From: Octopus vulgaris
Lineage: Eukaryota
Length of the DNA stretch: 64,000 bases
Direction of reading: 5' to 3'
Assembly: GCA_951406725.2 (NCBI GenBank)
Contig: OX597834.1
Coordinates: 22,258,001-22,322,000 of the forward strand
Shown here: piece by piece, positions 12,786 through 25,708 of the stretch
Layout: each line of letters starts with the position of its first letter
Numbering within the stretch: the stretch's first letter is position 1
Notes under the pieces: generated by a model
What the model was told of the DNA's origin: nothing
The model's database searches: none
The model's input: the letters and a program-made list of their open reading frames with translations, nothing else
Made by a program: the position numbers and the translations under genes

Positions 12786-13121
12786 CATACATACATACAT
12801 ACATACATACATACATACATGTGTGTGTGTGTATATATATATATACATACACATGTGTGTGTATGCATATACGTGTATGTGTGTATTTGTGTAGACATGT
12901 GAAACTGGGAAAAGGACAGCAAGTAGCATGTTTTGAAGATGTGTCGAAAACTGTGACTATTTAAAACAAATGATATTGTTCTTTTGCCAAGTGTTAAAAA
13001 CAGACACTCACACACACAGACATTTATTATATTTATAAGTTGATATACAAATATATAAATGTGTGTGCATATTTGTATGTATGTATGTATGTATGTATGT
13101 GTATATATATATATAGATATG

Positions 13122-13163
<42 letters not shown>

Positions 13164-13237
13164 GTGTGTATATATATATATAAATATGTGTGTATATATA
13201 TATATATATAAATATGTGTGTATATATATATATATAA

Positions 13238-13301
<64 letters not shown>

Positions 13302-13347
13302 GTGTATATATATATATATAAATATGTGTATATATATATATATATAA

Positions 13348-13378
<31 letters not shown>

Positions 13379-13420
13379 AATATGTGTATATATATATATA
13401 AATATGTGTATATATATATA
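12740..13420. repeat. (TA)n/(CATA)n/(TG)n microsatellite block
   Basis: Includes recurring AAATATGTG(TA)n units at 13150-13420. Confidence 0.9.
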
Positions 13421-13962
13421 GGCCTAGTGATACAGGAAAATAGAACTAAGAACGTGAATATACGCATGTTTTTGTTATTAATCAGCAGGAGTTACGGATG
13501 ATTCAAGAGTCAAAAGCTTCTTCCATTGGCTCTCATCGAACTTCTTTGATAAGTGCAAAGGTACAACGCTTTCACCCTTCGAATCACTCTCTAACTTCTG
13601 CCAATAAATATTGTGTGTGTTTATATTTCAAAAATTTCATCTGAAGAGATGGTTTTTAATAAGATTGTGGAAACAATTGTAGTGAAAAGACTTGGAATAT
13701 CAATAATTTATTGAATTTGTCTGTCTTTTTCTTTCTTTTTTTTTTTTTCCTGTGATTACTTCAACTTTATGACACTCTTCCTTTATATTATAGCCTAAAT
13801 ACAAACATACACACCTTAATACCTCTGTTAAGCTGTGCAATATTGGAATATGGGAATTTAACATGGTTTGGATAGCAAGCCCTGATTCATATGCTAACGT
13901 GACGTGCATTAAAGCACATTAATATATCTGTGTGTTTGTGTGCATATGCATGTATGTGTGTG

Positions 13963-14021
<59 letters not shown>

Positions 14022-14297
14022 ATATATATATATCAAAGCTTTTGATCAGAAATGTGGGGGGTGGGGTTCTGTCTTGAAGTGTGTGAAGGTTGGGGGCGTT
14101 GATGTAGAACTGTGTTCTTCAGCACGTTGTCTTCTTTATTTTGGTTCCACCGACTCTGGTCTCCGCCACCGTTCTGCACCTACGCACCCTCACACACAAA
14201 GAATATGTTGTGATGTTTACATAAAAAAATTATGATCTGGATTTCTGGAGGTTGTTTTTTTACTCTTTTTTTTATCTTTTTATTATTATTGTTACTG

Positions 14298-14336
<39 letters not shown>

Positions 14337-14389
14337 GATTTGTTGCATAAGCATCTGGGATGGCATGAAGTGTGACAGAAAACGAATTC

Positions 14390-14391
14390 TT

Positions 14392-14425
<34 letters not shown>

Positions 14426-14561
14426 GTTATGTGTGGGTGGGTGTTTATGTGTGTTGTGTGTATATATGTATGCATATAGAATTGTGTGTGTGTGTGTATA
14501 TATATATACATACATGCACGCATATATGGATATATTGTGTATATACATATGTTATATAAAA

Positions 14562-14625
<64 letters not shown>

Positions 14626-14650
14626 TATATATATATATATATATGTATGC

Positions 14651-14693
<43 letters not shown>

Positions 14694-14694
14694 C

Positions 14695-14737
<43 letters not shown>

Positions 14738-14815
14738 CACACACATATATATACATATATATATATATATACACATATATATACATACACACACACACAC
14801 ACACATATATATAAC
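14390..14815. repeat. (TA)n/(A)n/(CA)n microsatellite block
   Basis: Visible directly in the sequence. Confidence 0.95.
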
Positions 14816-15285
14816 AGATGGAGATTGTATGAGCAGATGCTTAGAATGTTTGATGATAAACTCTGTATACATCCAGTGATGTGTGTGTGCACGCTTATAC
14901 ACTGTCCTTGCCAGTGCTTATGTTCAATAAAAGAACCCTATTATCACATTAAGTTACTGTCCCTTTTTTTCTTTTTTTGTATCCTTAAACCCTCCTCCAT
15001 TTCTCTACCCCTATACCTTAATACACACACGCACACACACTTTATCTCTTACGTTCTTGTTTTCTTCCTCTCTTTCCTCTTCTCAACCTTACATCCTCTT
15101 TGTCATTCTCTTAGTCCGACCCCCACCCGGGCCCCACTAACTTTTGCTCTCACATATCGACTCCCAGCCTTACTCTTCTCTCTGTCCCCACCTCTCTCTC
15201 TCCCTCCCTCTCTATCTATCTATCTATCTCACACACACTCTGACACATGCACAAGGACATGCTCTCACACACCTTTTCATCCCCT

Positions 15286-15363
<78 letters not shown>

Positions 15364-16154
15364 CATACATATATACATACACACACAACATCACACCTTT
15401 TTATCACCTCTTTCTCTCTCAGCTTCTCTTCATTTCTCTCTCTCTCTCCCTCTATCTATCTATCTAGCACACACATACACAGGGTCTCCTACACTCTTTC
15501 GCACACACACACCCTCCTGCGCACCCTCTTGCTTTGTCATTTATTCAGTTTCGTCCCAGCCCTTAATAATCGAATCAGTCATTTTGGTGACACTTTTACT
15601 TATGAAACTAGAAATGTAACAAGAAATAAAAAAAAAAAATAAATAAATTAACAATCATAACAACAACAACAACAGGAATAACAAAATCTCTTTAATTAAC
15701 GAAACAAAAGCCACTGCAATGATAACAACAATAAATAAATTAGCTTAACAAATGAATTTTGATTATTTTTGTTTATGTTACTATTATTTTTTATGTTATT
15801 ATTTTCTGCTACAAACCTTTGTCCCCTTAAAGAATTAATAAATTTCGTGGTCCACTGGTAGGCCCCTACTCCATGCCCCTGAGAATGTATTATAGAGCAG
15901 AAGGCAAACCATAGGCAAACTATTGTTGTTGTTATTGAGCAGAGTCCTACCCCTTCCTCACACACATGACAAAAAAAAAATCTGTTACTTTTGGGGTCTG
16001 TGTTGACATTAATTGAAAAAAATAAGGGAGAAATTATTGTTCGCCCTCCTCTCCCTTTCACTCCACCCCCGCATCTTTTTTCTGAAACCCCAACACAAAT
16101 TGTATTGTCCTGCCTCACCTGATGCCCCTATGATCATCATCACCATCATTATTA

Positions 16155-16702
16155 GGCCAGTGAAAAGCAGAAAGCTGGTGGAGTCGTTAGTTTGGCAGAT
16201 AAAATGCTTATCAATGTTTCGTCTGTTGGCATGATCTGTGTTCAAATCCTGCTGAGGCCGACTTTGCCTTTCGTCCTTTTGGGGTCGATAAATTAGATAC
16301 CAGTGAGACACTGGGATCGATGTAATCGTCTATCCCCTTCCCCCAAATTTCTGGCTTTGTGCCTTTAGCAGAAAGGATTATTAGGGTGGTGAGCTGACGG
16401 AATGATTAGCATGCCAGGCAAAAGGCTTAGCGGAATTTCATTCAGCTTTACATTCTGAGTTCAAATTCCACCTAGGTCGACTTTAGCTTTCATCCTCTTG
16501 AGGTCTATCAAATAAGTAGAAGTTGAGCACTAAGTGTAGGCAGGGTCAATGTAATCAACATGACCCCTTCACCTGAACTTGCTGGCCTTGTTTCAAAATT
16601 TTGTTGGCGCAGGTTTTTAAAAGAAAAGTGTCATACAGTGGGACTGAACCTGAAACTACATGGTTGGGAAGCAAACTCCTTAACCACACAACCATGTCTG
16701 CA
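16155..16702. mobile_element. Two tandem SINE B copies (+) followed by a SINE A head (-)
   Basis: B motifs at 16155-16380 and 16384-16605; CAGTGGGACTGAACC...AACCACACAACCATG at 16625-16702. Confidence 0.75.
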
Positions 16703-17579
16703 TCTTCATTATAGCAATATAATAATACATAACTCTGTATATTTCTGTCTCAGACCCCATCTTTGCTTGTGTATATGTGTGTGTTTATTTTACATCCATT
16801 TTCTCCTGTTTTCATGGATGGTTAAGGATGGTTTGTTTGGAAAACAATACTTTTCACAGCTGGATGCTCATTCCTATTGGTAACTATTCAACCATGAAGT
16901 ATCAGTGATGGAAGAGATTTTAACATTATCATTATTATTGTTAATATAATTCCTGTATATTGTTGTTTTTGCTGTTGTTATTGTTGTCATCTTATAGTCA
17001 AAGTGACAATTCAGTTGGTTCCCCACCCCCCTGGTACCAACAAATAAGGTCTTGTAGATTTTTCTTTTCCCTCCTGATTTTGTCTGGAGGGAGGAGCTTT
17101 GCCCTTCATGCCCCTAATCCTTTGAGACTTGCAAGTTGACAATAACAGAGAGAAGAACACAAGACAAAAATATTTTAAATGAAAGCCAGGTTCCGAGAGA
17201 GAGAAAGAGAATTCCTAAGAAATAATGTTTCTAGCAGTGAAAGGGTTATCTTGAGAGGGCTCACCAACAACAAGGCCCTGCTCTGCTTTGGGCAGGGGTT
17301 GAAAGGGAGCAAAAAAAGAATTCTGGCTCCTACCCCCATCACCACCACCACCACCACCACTACATTACTTAAACATAAGCAAGTGCAAGTCTTGCACTCT
17401 TTTAACCCTGCACCCAGAGAAGTGTGTGACCTCCACTGCTGTGACCCCTGTTGTCTATATACTGGACTAACAACCCCTCCCCGTTTTTCCAACCCTCCTG
17501 CAAGCTGGAAAAAGAGTAAGAGAGTAGTAGAGCTAGAAATGCACTATTTTCGTTTTGAAATGGTAAAATGTAAGATGTG

Positions 17580-17826
17580 TGTATACACACACACACACAC
17601 GCACTCATACATATATACATATATCTATATATTTATATATAGATATATTTATTTGTATATATTTATATATGTGTGTGTGTATACATGTATATATTTATAT
17701 GTATGTGTATATATATTTATTTATATATACATATGTATGTATATGTATATATATATGTATATATATAAATATATATACATGTGTATATATATTTATATAT
17801 ATATGTATATATATAAATATATATAC

Positions 17827-17873
<47 letters not shown>

Positions 17874-17895
17874 CAAGTATGTGGTGTGTGTTTGT
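17580..17895. repeat. (TA)n/(TG)n microsatellite
   Basis: Visible directly in the sequence. Confidence 0.95.
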
Positions 17896-19010
17896 GTAAT
17901 AGGAGAAATGTGTCTATATTACAGTTAATTTGTATCAATTTTTGAGCTAAAATCTTAATTACTTCTTTTCATTGACATACACACACACACACACACACTC
18001 ACACACACACATGTGTATACTTGCATTTCCATCTTTAGTCTCTCCTCACCAAGAAAGATGTCTTTAGGCATTACCGCCACCACCACCCTGCACTTCATAC
18101 TCGTTTCATTTTTCATTGTTAGTCAGCATGCATGTGTGTGTGTGTGTGTATGGGTCACTGAATACGTATGTCTAAAACCATATGAATGCGGATCTATGTG
18201 TAAATCAATATTTGTTAGCGTGTGTGTGTGTCTGAACATGAGTCTGTATATGAATGCATTATATATACAGATGGATGTATATTTGTATACAAATGAATGA
18301 ATGCATGTATATGCTTCTGTGTGTGTGTGTGTGTGTGTGCTTGTGGCCAGGTTGCATAATACATGAGCAACTGCATATTGGTCCTTTTACAAAAGAGCCA
18401 CCACCCAAGGGTGGGGCTGGAGATATAAACCTGAAGTTTTCTTAGCTTTTTCTCTATATATTTCCTTTCTCTGTTTTTCTCTCATTCTTTGTTTCACTTT
18501 CACTTTCACACACTCGCCCCTTGCCTGCTCTCACCCTCTTTCTCTCCTCTCTCTCTCTCTCTCTCTAATTCTCTATCTGTCTATCTCTCTTGTATGGTCC
18601 ATCTGACGTGCTGTGACATAATTCCGTTCTATTCAATGTCCTCCACAAGGCTTCAGTTGACCCCTCTAGGCTATCACTGGAGACACTCATCCACGATGAC
18701 ACTCACTGGGCTACGACTGCAGGACCTCGTTAGTGTGAAACAAGTATTTCAACTATTTACCCAGACTAGCATATGCACTCACACACACACACACACACCT
18801 GCACAAAAACACATACGCAAACATGTGAATACATTTACACATGAATGTTCAATCCATTAGTCTAACATACATATACATGCACACACATGTACACTTATGT
18901 ATGTATATATTTATACATACATATATATATATATCCATATATACATACAACATACAACATATATATATACATATATACACACACATAGATATATATCCAT
19001 TATAAATATA

Positions 19011-19226
19011 TTCTTTTATTTTACTTGTTTCAGTCATTTGACTGTGGCCATGCTGGAGCACCAGCTTTAGTCAAACAAATTGACTACAGGACTTATTCTT
19101 TGTAAGCCTAGTACTTATTCTATCGGTCTCTTTTGCCGAACCGCTATGTTACTGGGACATAAACACACCAACATTTGTTTTGTCAAGTGATGGTGGGGGA
19201 CAAACACAGACACACAAACATATACA

Positions 19227-19268
<42 letters not shown>

Positions 19269-19421
19269 GCTTCTTTCAGTTTCCATCTACCAAATTCACT
19301 CACAAGGCTTTGGTCAGCCCGAAGCTATAGTAGGAGACACTTGCCCAAGGTACCACACAGTGGGACTGAACCCGGAACCATGTGGTTGGCAAGCGAGCTT
19401 CTTACCACACAGCCACTCCTG
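19011..19421 (-). mobile_element. SINE family A, full length
   Basis: Reverse complement of 10085-10490 and 26963-27376. Confidence 0.9.
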
Positions 19422-19892
19422 GATATAATGTATACACACACACACACACACACACACACATATCTGTTATGAGGAATGGTGTGAGGAAAATCTGCCTCAC
19501 CAAATTTTGTCGGATCCATGTAAACATGGAAAAGTGGACATTGAAACGATGATGGTGATGATCTTTGTTGAAACCGGTTCATTGAAAGTCAATTATTTTC
19601 ATATGTAGTACTGAATACAGAGTACAAGTGTAGCACTTCATATTCTTTTAATTTAGAAGTTGGCATAGTCATAGTTTCAATCTCATATCATCATTATCAT
19701 CATATATATATATATATATGTATATATACTGATATGTATATATACATACATATATGTGTGTGTGTGTGATTATGCTATTATATATAAACACTTGTGAGTA
19801 CACATTCATACATATTCTATTCTTGCTTATATGTATATATATATATATACACACATATATATATACACGCACATACATATATATATATATAC

Positions 19893-20065
19893 TTTTCTAC
19901 GCTAAGCACAAGGCCCGAAATTTTGGGGGAGGGACCCAGTCAATTAAATCGACCCCAGTATGCAACTGGTACTTAATTTATCGACTCCGAAAGGATGAAA
20001 GGCAAAGTCGACCTCGGCGGAATTTGAACTCAGAACGTAAAGACCAAAAAATACTGCTAAGCATT
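19893..20065 (-). mobile_element. SINE B, 5'-truncated, young
   Basis: GAAAGGATGAAAGGCAAAGTCGACCTCGGCGGAATTTGAACTCAGAACG; CpGs retained. Confidence 0.85.
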
Positions 20066-20799
20066 GTGCATGTGTGTGTGTGTGTGTATGTACATACACG
20101 CACACACACACACACTCATGCTCACTTGAGTCCACATCCATTTGCACATGCATGCACACACCATAATTCAAACATCATAACTCCGTGGGTGTATGTACGT
20201 ATGTGTGTATATATATATATATATGGATAAAATTTTGTGTTATCACATACATACCTGTAAATGCTTCTGTATTTATATGTGTATGTATATACTGTTATCT
20301 ATCAATCTATATAAATATGTGTGTGTGTGTGTGTGTGTAAATATATATGTATGTATGTGTGTGTGTGTGTATGTGTTCATTTTTCTGTGTATCCCCTTTC
20401 CCTGCCACACACTGTTCATAAATCCATTTATACAAGTGAAACCTGCTTCTTATTCCGCTACCAACTAAAACTAAACTAAACTGACTGACTGACTGACTGA
20501 TGCCAGGCAATACAGCTACCAACGACAACAACAACTACAACAGCAGCAATCAGCATCATCGACATCACATCGACTACTTTACCTCTTCCTTTTCTCGCAG
20601 AGGAGGTGGTGGTGGTGGTGGTGGTGACTACAGATTTCATTAGAGCCTCTTCATCTGTCTTCCTATAACAATCTTCTCTCTCTCTCCCTCCATCTATCTC
20701 TCTCTCTCTCCATCTCTCCCTTTCTCTCTGTCTTTCTCTCTGTCTCTCATTCTTCTGATTTCTGGTAATCAGTCGCTCACTTCTAACTCTCACTTTGTG

Positions 20800-20853
20800 A
20801 TGGAAGAGAAGGCAGATTTCGAACCTCTCTGTGATGTGCCGGAAGCATATATG
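20800..20853 (+). CDS. Candidate short first coding exon (MEEKADFEPLCDVPEAYM), unverified
   Basis: ATG-started, non-repetitive 18-codon frame ending at ATG|GTCAGT donor-like site, downstream of a CT-rich tract. No homology recognised. Confidence 0.25.
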
Positions 20854-20954
20854 GTCAGTATGGCTGTTTTTACCCCCTTTTTTTTTGTGTGTGTGTTTCT
20901 GTTAGGTTTTGATTTTGGGGGATGTTTGGCAACTGAGCAGTGCTGGTCCCTACA

Positions 20955-21513
20955 TGTGTTTGTGTGTTTCTATACATGTATTTATGTTTATGTGTGTGTG
21001 TGTGTGTGTGTGTGTATGAATATATATGTGTGTTTGTGTAGGTCACTATGTATGTATATACATGTGTGTGTGTAGGTATGTATCTGTGTGTATTTACGTG
21101 TGTGTGTGCCTGTGTACGTTTGTAGGTAAGTATGTATGTATATGTGTGTATGTATGTGTATGTACATGTGAGTGTATGTATGTATATATACATGTGTATA
21201 TATATATATATGTTCATATATACATATATATAAATATATAAATATATATATATATATGCATGTATACATAAAAGGATCACACATGCACACACATATCTGT
21301 GTGAGTGCTTGTAGCCATACATACACACACACACACACACATACTTGCACACTCACACATATACATGTATGTGGGTACTTACATACATCCACCCTGTCCG
21401 TACTTATGTGCATGAGGTGACAGGGTATGTGTGTGTTTATGTTTCTGTGTTTATCTGCAAGCAACAACAAAAATGCATCACATTACATCATTGTTTATTT
21501 AGATATTATATGC

Positions 21514-21587
<74 letters not shown>

Positions 21588-21747
21588 AATATCATGTCAT
21601 ATTGTTATTATTTCTTTCTACCTTCTTAATCTACTTAATTTAAAGCATTTATGTGAGGGCTTTTTCTTCATATTTATATATATATATATATATACACATA
21701 CATATATATATATATATACATACATATATATATACATACATATATAT

Positions 21748-21787
<40 letters not shown>

Positions 21788-22090
21788 ATATATATATATA
21801 TAACAATTTAACAAACAAAACATATGCATACATATATGTACATACCTGCACATATATATATATATATATAACTGCTCTGCTCTCTCTCTCTCCATACATA
21901 CATTTATATATGTGCATATGTTTGTGTGTATGTTAGTGTATATACATATGTGTATGTATGTGTCTCTATATATGTATGTGTATGTGTCTCTATATATGTA
22001 TGTATATGTGTCCATATGCATGTATATATATATATATATGTCACTGTGTATATGTGTGTGTGTGCGTATAATTTCACATGTTTGTGTATA
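20955..22090. repeat. Large compound (TG)n/(TA)n/(CT)n microsatellite region
   Basis: Visible directly in the sequence. Confidence 0.9.
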
Positions 22091-22509
22091 TAAGGTAATC
22101 TTCTTAGTCAACTATTTCATAATATATCAAATTTTTAAAATTATTATCACTATTATTTACTTTATATAAAATTTCATGAAGAAGAAAATATTTTCTTACA
22201 TAATTTGAGCATTTTTTTCTCTCACAAAGATAACATCTTAAAAACCATGCTGAACTTATCCGCATTTTTCACAATTTTGTTGGGTTTTTTTCTTTTTTTT
22301 CATATATATAAAAAACAGTTTTGGCTTACGTTTTATCTTTATTGTTGTTGTTTTCATTTTCACACCTGCGAAACAAAAACAACTCAGGTGAGATGAGGTG
22401 TGATGAGAGATGGATAGTATCATTTTTGGTGATAGGAATCCGTTAATAGTGCTGGAAATCACCATGCTCGTTATTATTATCATCATTATTATCATTATTA
22501 TTATCATTA

Positions 22510-23530
22510 GTCTGGGTGTTTGAACAAAATGCCTTGCAGTATTTCTTCTGGGTTTTTTTCATTCTGAGTTCAAATTCTGCCGGGGTCAACTTTACCTGTC
22601 TTCCTTTCGGGGTCAATAAAATAAGTATCAGACAAGTACCAGGGTCAGTGTAATCAACTAAACCCCTCCCCCTCCCCACAAATTTCAGGTCTTGTGCCTA
22701 TAGTAGACAGGATTATTATCATTATTATTATTATAATTAAGAGGGTGAGCTGGTAGTATCATTAGCACACCGGGCAAAATGCTTGGTGGTATTTCGTCTG
22801 TCTTTACGTTCTGAGTTCAAATTCCACCAAGGTCAACTTTACCTTTCACCCTTTTGGGGTCAATAAATTAAGTACCAGTTGCATACTGGGGTCGATGTAA
22901 TAGGCTGACCCCTCCCCCAAAATTTCGGGCCTTGTGCCTAGAGTAGAAAAGATTCTTTTGGGGTCAATAAAATATTTACCAATTGAGCACTAGGGCCAAT
23001 GTAGTCAACTTACCCGCTCCCCCGAAATTTCAGGCCTTGTGCCTTTAGTAGAAAGGATTATTATTGTTGTTAAGGTGGCGAGCTGGCAGAATTATTACCA
23101 CACCAGGCAAAATACTTAGCGGTATTTTGTCTGTCTTCACATTCTGAGTTCAAATTCTGCCCAGGTCTACTTCGTCTCTTATTCTTTCAGGGTTGATAAA
23201 TTCTTTCGGTGTTGATAAAGTACCAGTGAAACACCGGGGTCGATGTGATTGACTATTCCCCGCCTCCCAAATTTCAGGCCTTGTGCCTATAATAGAAAGG
23301 ATTGTTATTACATAAAGTGGTAAGCTGGCAGAGTCGTTAGCATGCCAGACAAAATGTTTAGCGGCATTTTATTCTGACTTTTCATTCTGAGTTCAAATGC
23401 CACTGTGGTCAACTTAGCCCTTTTATTTTTTGAGGTTGATAAAATAAGTACCAGTTATGCACTGGGGTCAGTGTAATTGATTTGCCTGCTCTACCAAAAA
23501 TTCAGGCCATGTGCCTGTTGTAGGAAGGAT
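22510..23530 (+). mobile_element. Head-to-tail array of about 5 SINE B copies
   Basis: Units start at about 22510, 22739, 22956 (partial), 23071 and 23314; most end CAGGCCTTGTGCCT...AGTAGAAAGG(ATT)n. Confidence 0.85.
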
Positions 23531-23546
23531 TTTTATTGTTGTTATG

Positions 23547-23585
<39 letters not shown>

Positions 23586-23848
23586 TTCATTGTTGTTATT
23601 GTTATCATTTACTACTGATTTACAAAACGTGTGCACGTGTGTTTTTCTTGCCTTTGTTTAATTATGGATCAAATGTAAATGATTGATATGTGACAATGTA
23701 ATTAAACGAGTAATTAAACAAATGAGTAAATAATCAAAATGAAAATGTGTGTGGGGGCGCTACCAAAGATAATACTTCTGTTGCCAGCAGGTCCCTTTAT
23801 GTTTGTGTATATGTGTGTGTTACTAAACTTATGAATATACCTACTGCC

Positions 23849-23890
<42 letters not shown>

Positions 23891-24330
23891 GGCAGGGAAG
23901 AAGCTGGTGCAATGGTAGAAGCAGAAATGAAATTGAGCAGTCTCTAGTTTAGATTTAATTCAAATCCTCCTAGGTGGACTTAGCATCATGAAAAATCCTT
24001 AGAGGATCAGCCTGTATAAATTACTACCAATCGTAAGGAGGGATGAATTGGCTTCAAGAACTTCAAAAGCGTAAAGAATGTCGGACCAAATGCCTTGTGG
24101 TGATTACTGCAGCTCTTTTGCATTCTGAAGTTCAAATCTCACCATGACCTACATGGGTGACTGTCGACTTTATCCTTTACACAGTTACCACCACTGCAGC
24201 CATCACCATCACCTGGTACCTTGGAGTCTTTTAACAGAGGAATTGCAAGCACTTGGCTCACATTCACAGTTTGAGAATGGATATCCCCCCTTTTCCTTTC
24301 TTTTCCCTCCAGTTTCAGAGGCCCTTAAAA

Positions 24331-24860
24331 CAGTGTTTCTCTCGTAGGAGAGGAAGGTAGGAAGCCCATGGAGATTTTAAGATTACTTGTTTAATGGTTT
24401 TAAACTTTTTAAACTCATTCTGTATCTGTGGTACTCAACTGGGGTCCACATGACCCTTAGGGGCCAATATAAGATTGTTCAATTCAAATTTAAGTGTAAT
24501 AAGTTGGTTACACTCCTACGATTCACAAAATATTTAAATCATATTTTAATCCAGTTCCTAATATTATTTAATTAAAACAATATAATATGAATTTTTTTAA
24601 ACATTGATTGGCAATGAGGGTCCAGCAGAGTAGAATTGGAATCAAGGGGTTTATGGTTGAGGAACCACTGGATTCAAGACCCTTGAATAGCTGTGTGGGT
24701 CCACCCAGTTAAAATAACAATGAAAGAGGTCCATATGCAAAATATGATTGGGGAACCACTGTGTTCAAGACCCTTGAATAGCTATGTGGGTCCACCCAGC
24801 TAAAATAGGAGTCAGAGGGGTCCATTGGCAAAGAAGAAACACATGGATAAGAACTCCATT
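24331..24860. mobile_element. hAT (Charlie-like) MITE with tandemly reiterated right end
   Basis: CAGTGTTTCTC ... GAGGAACCACTG termini (24331-24670); the right-end unit recurs with a period of about 91 bp. Confidence 0.55.
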
Positions 24861-25334
24861 CTACCTTCTTGTTAATAAAGAGGTGGTGATGGAGCAGTGG
24901 TCGGGGTGGGGCCAAAAGTATTTCATTAATATTGGGTGGTGGGGAACAGTGGTGTTGCCTAGTATTTGCTAATTTCAGAACTGCTTCTGTAAAGAGACAG
25001 GGGCACTCTTCCTTCATACCTAATTGGGGAAAAAAATATTGGAAACAAAGTAAAATACGGGGTGGGGGGAGATAGGGGTCAATATAAACAAATGTTTGTT
25101 TCTCCTCCTTTACATAAAAAAAAGTCCCAAACTCATATCTAAATGGTGTTTGGGGTTTATGTTAGATGTTATTGTTGTTGTTGTTTTTAACCCTTGGTTG
25201 TTCCTGATCGATCCAACTAATTGGATCAACCATCCCATCTTAATAAGAGTCACATGACTAAACGTGTCCTTTCTTCATTTAAGACAGTGAGGTATAATTT
25301 AGCTGCTGTTTCTTGCAGTTAGATCAGAACTTAC

Positions 25335-25377
<43 letters not shown>

Positions 25378-25380
<3 letters not shown>

Positions 25381-25708
25381 TTTCATTCATTTGACAGCGG
25401 CCATGCTGGAGCACTGCTTTTAGTTGAACAGATCTTGTGCGTAGATGTGGTAGATAGAAACAGAGATAAGCCTATCGTATGTATATATGTGTGTATATTT
25501 ATATGTGTGTGTGTCTGTGTTTGTCCCCGCGCTATCACTTGACAACCAATGTTGGTGTGTTTACATCCCTGAAACATAACGGTTCAGCAAAAAAGACCAA
25601 TAGAATAAGTACTAGGCTTACAAAGAATAAGTCCTGGGGTCAATTTCTTTGACTAAAGGCGGTACTCCAGGATGGCCACAGTCAAATAACTGACACAAAT
25701 AAAAGAAT
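25378..25708. mobile_element. SINE A composite: inverted tail (-) fused to 5'-truncated body (+)
   Basis: 25378-25437 is the reverse tail (CATTTGACAGCGGCCATGCTGGAGCAC); 25438-25708 is a forward body plus tail. Confidence 0.7.

Noticed and set aside
22510-23530. Regularly spaced repeats resembling a CRISPR array
   Set aside because: Units are ~220-bp SINE copies with microsatellite linkers; there are no unique spacers or cas genes, and the DNA is eukaryotic.
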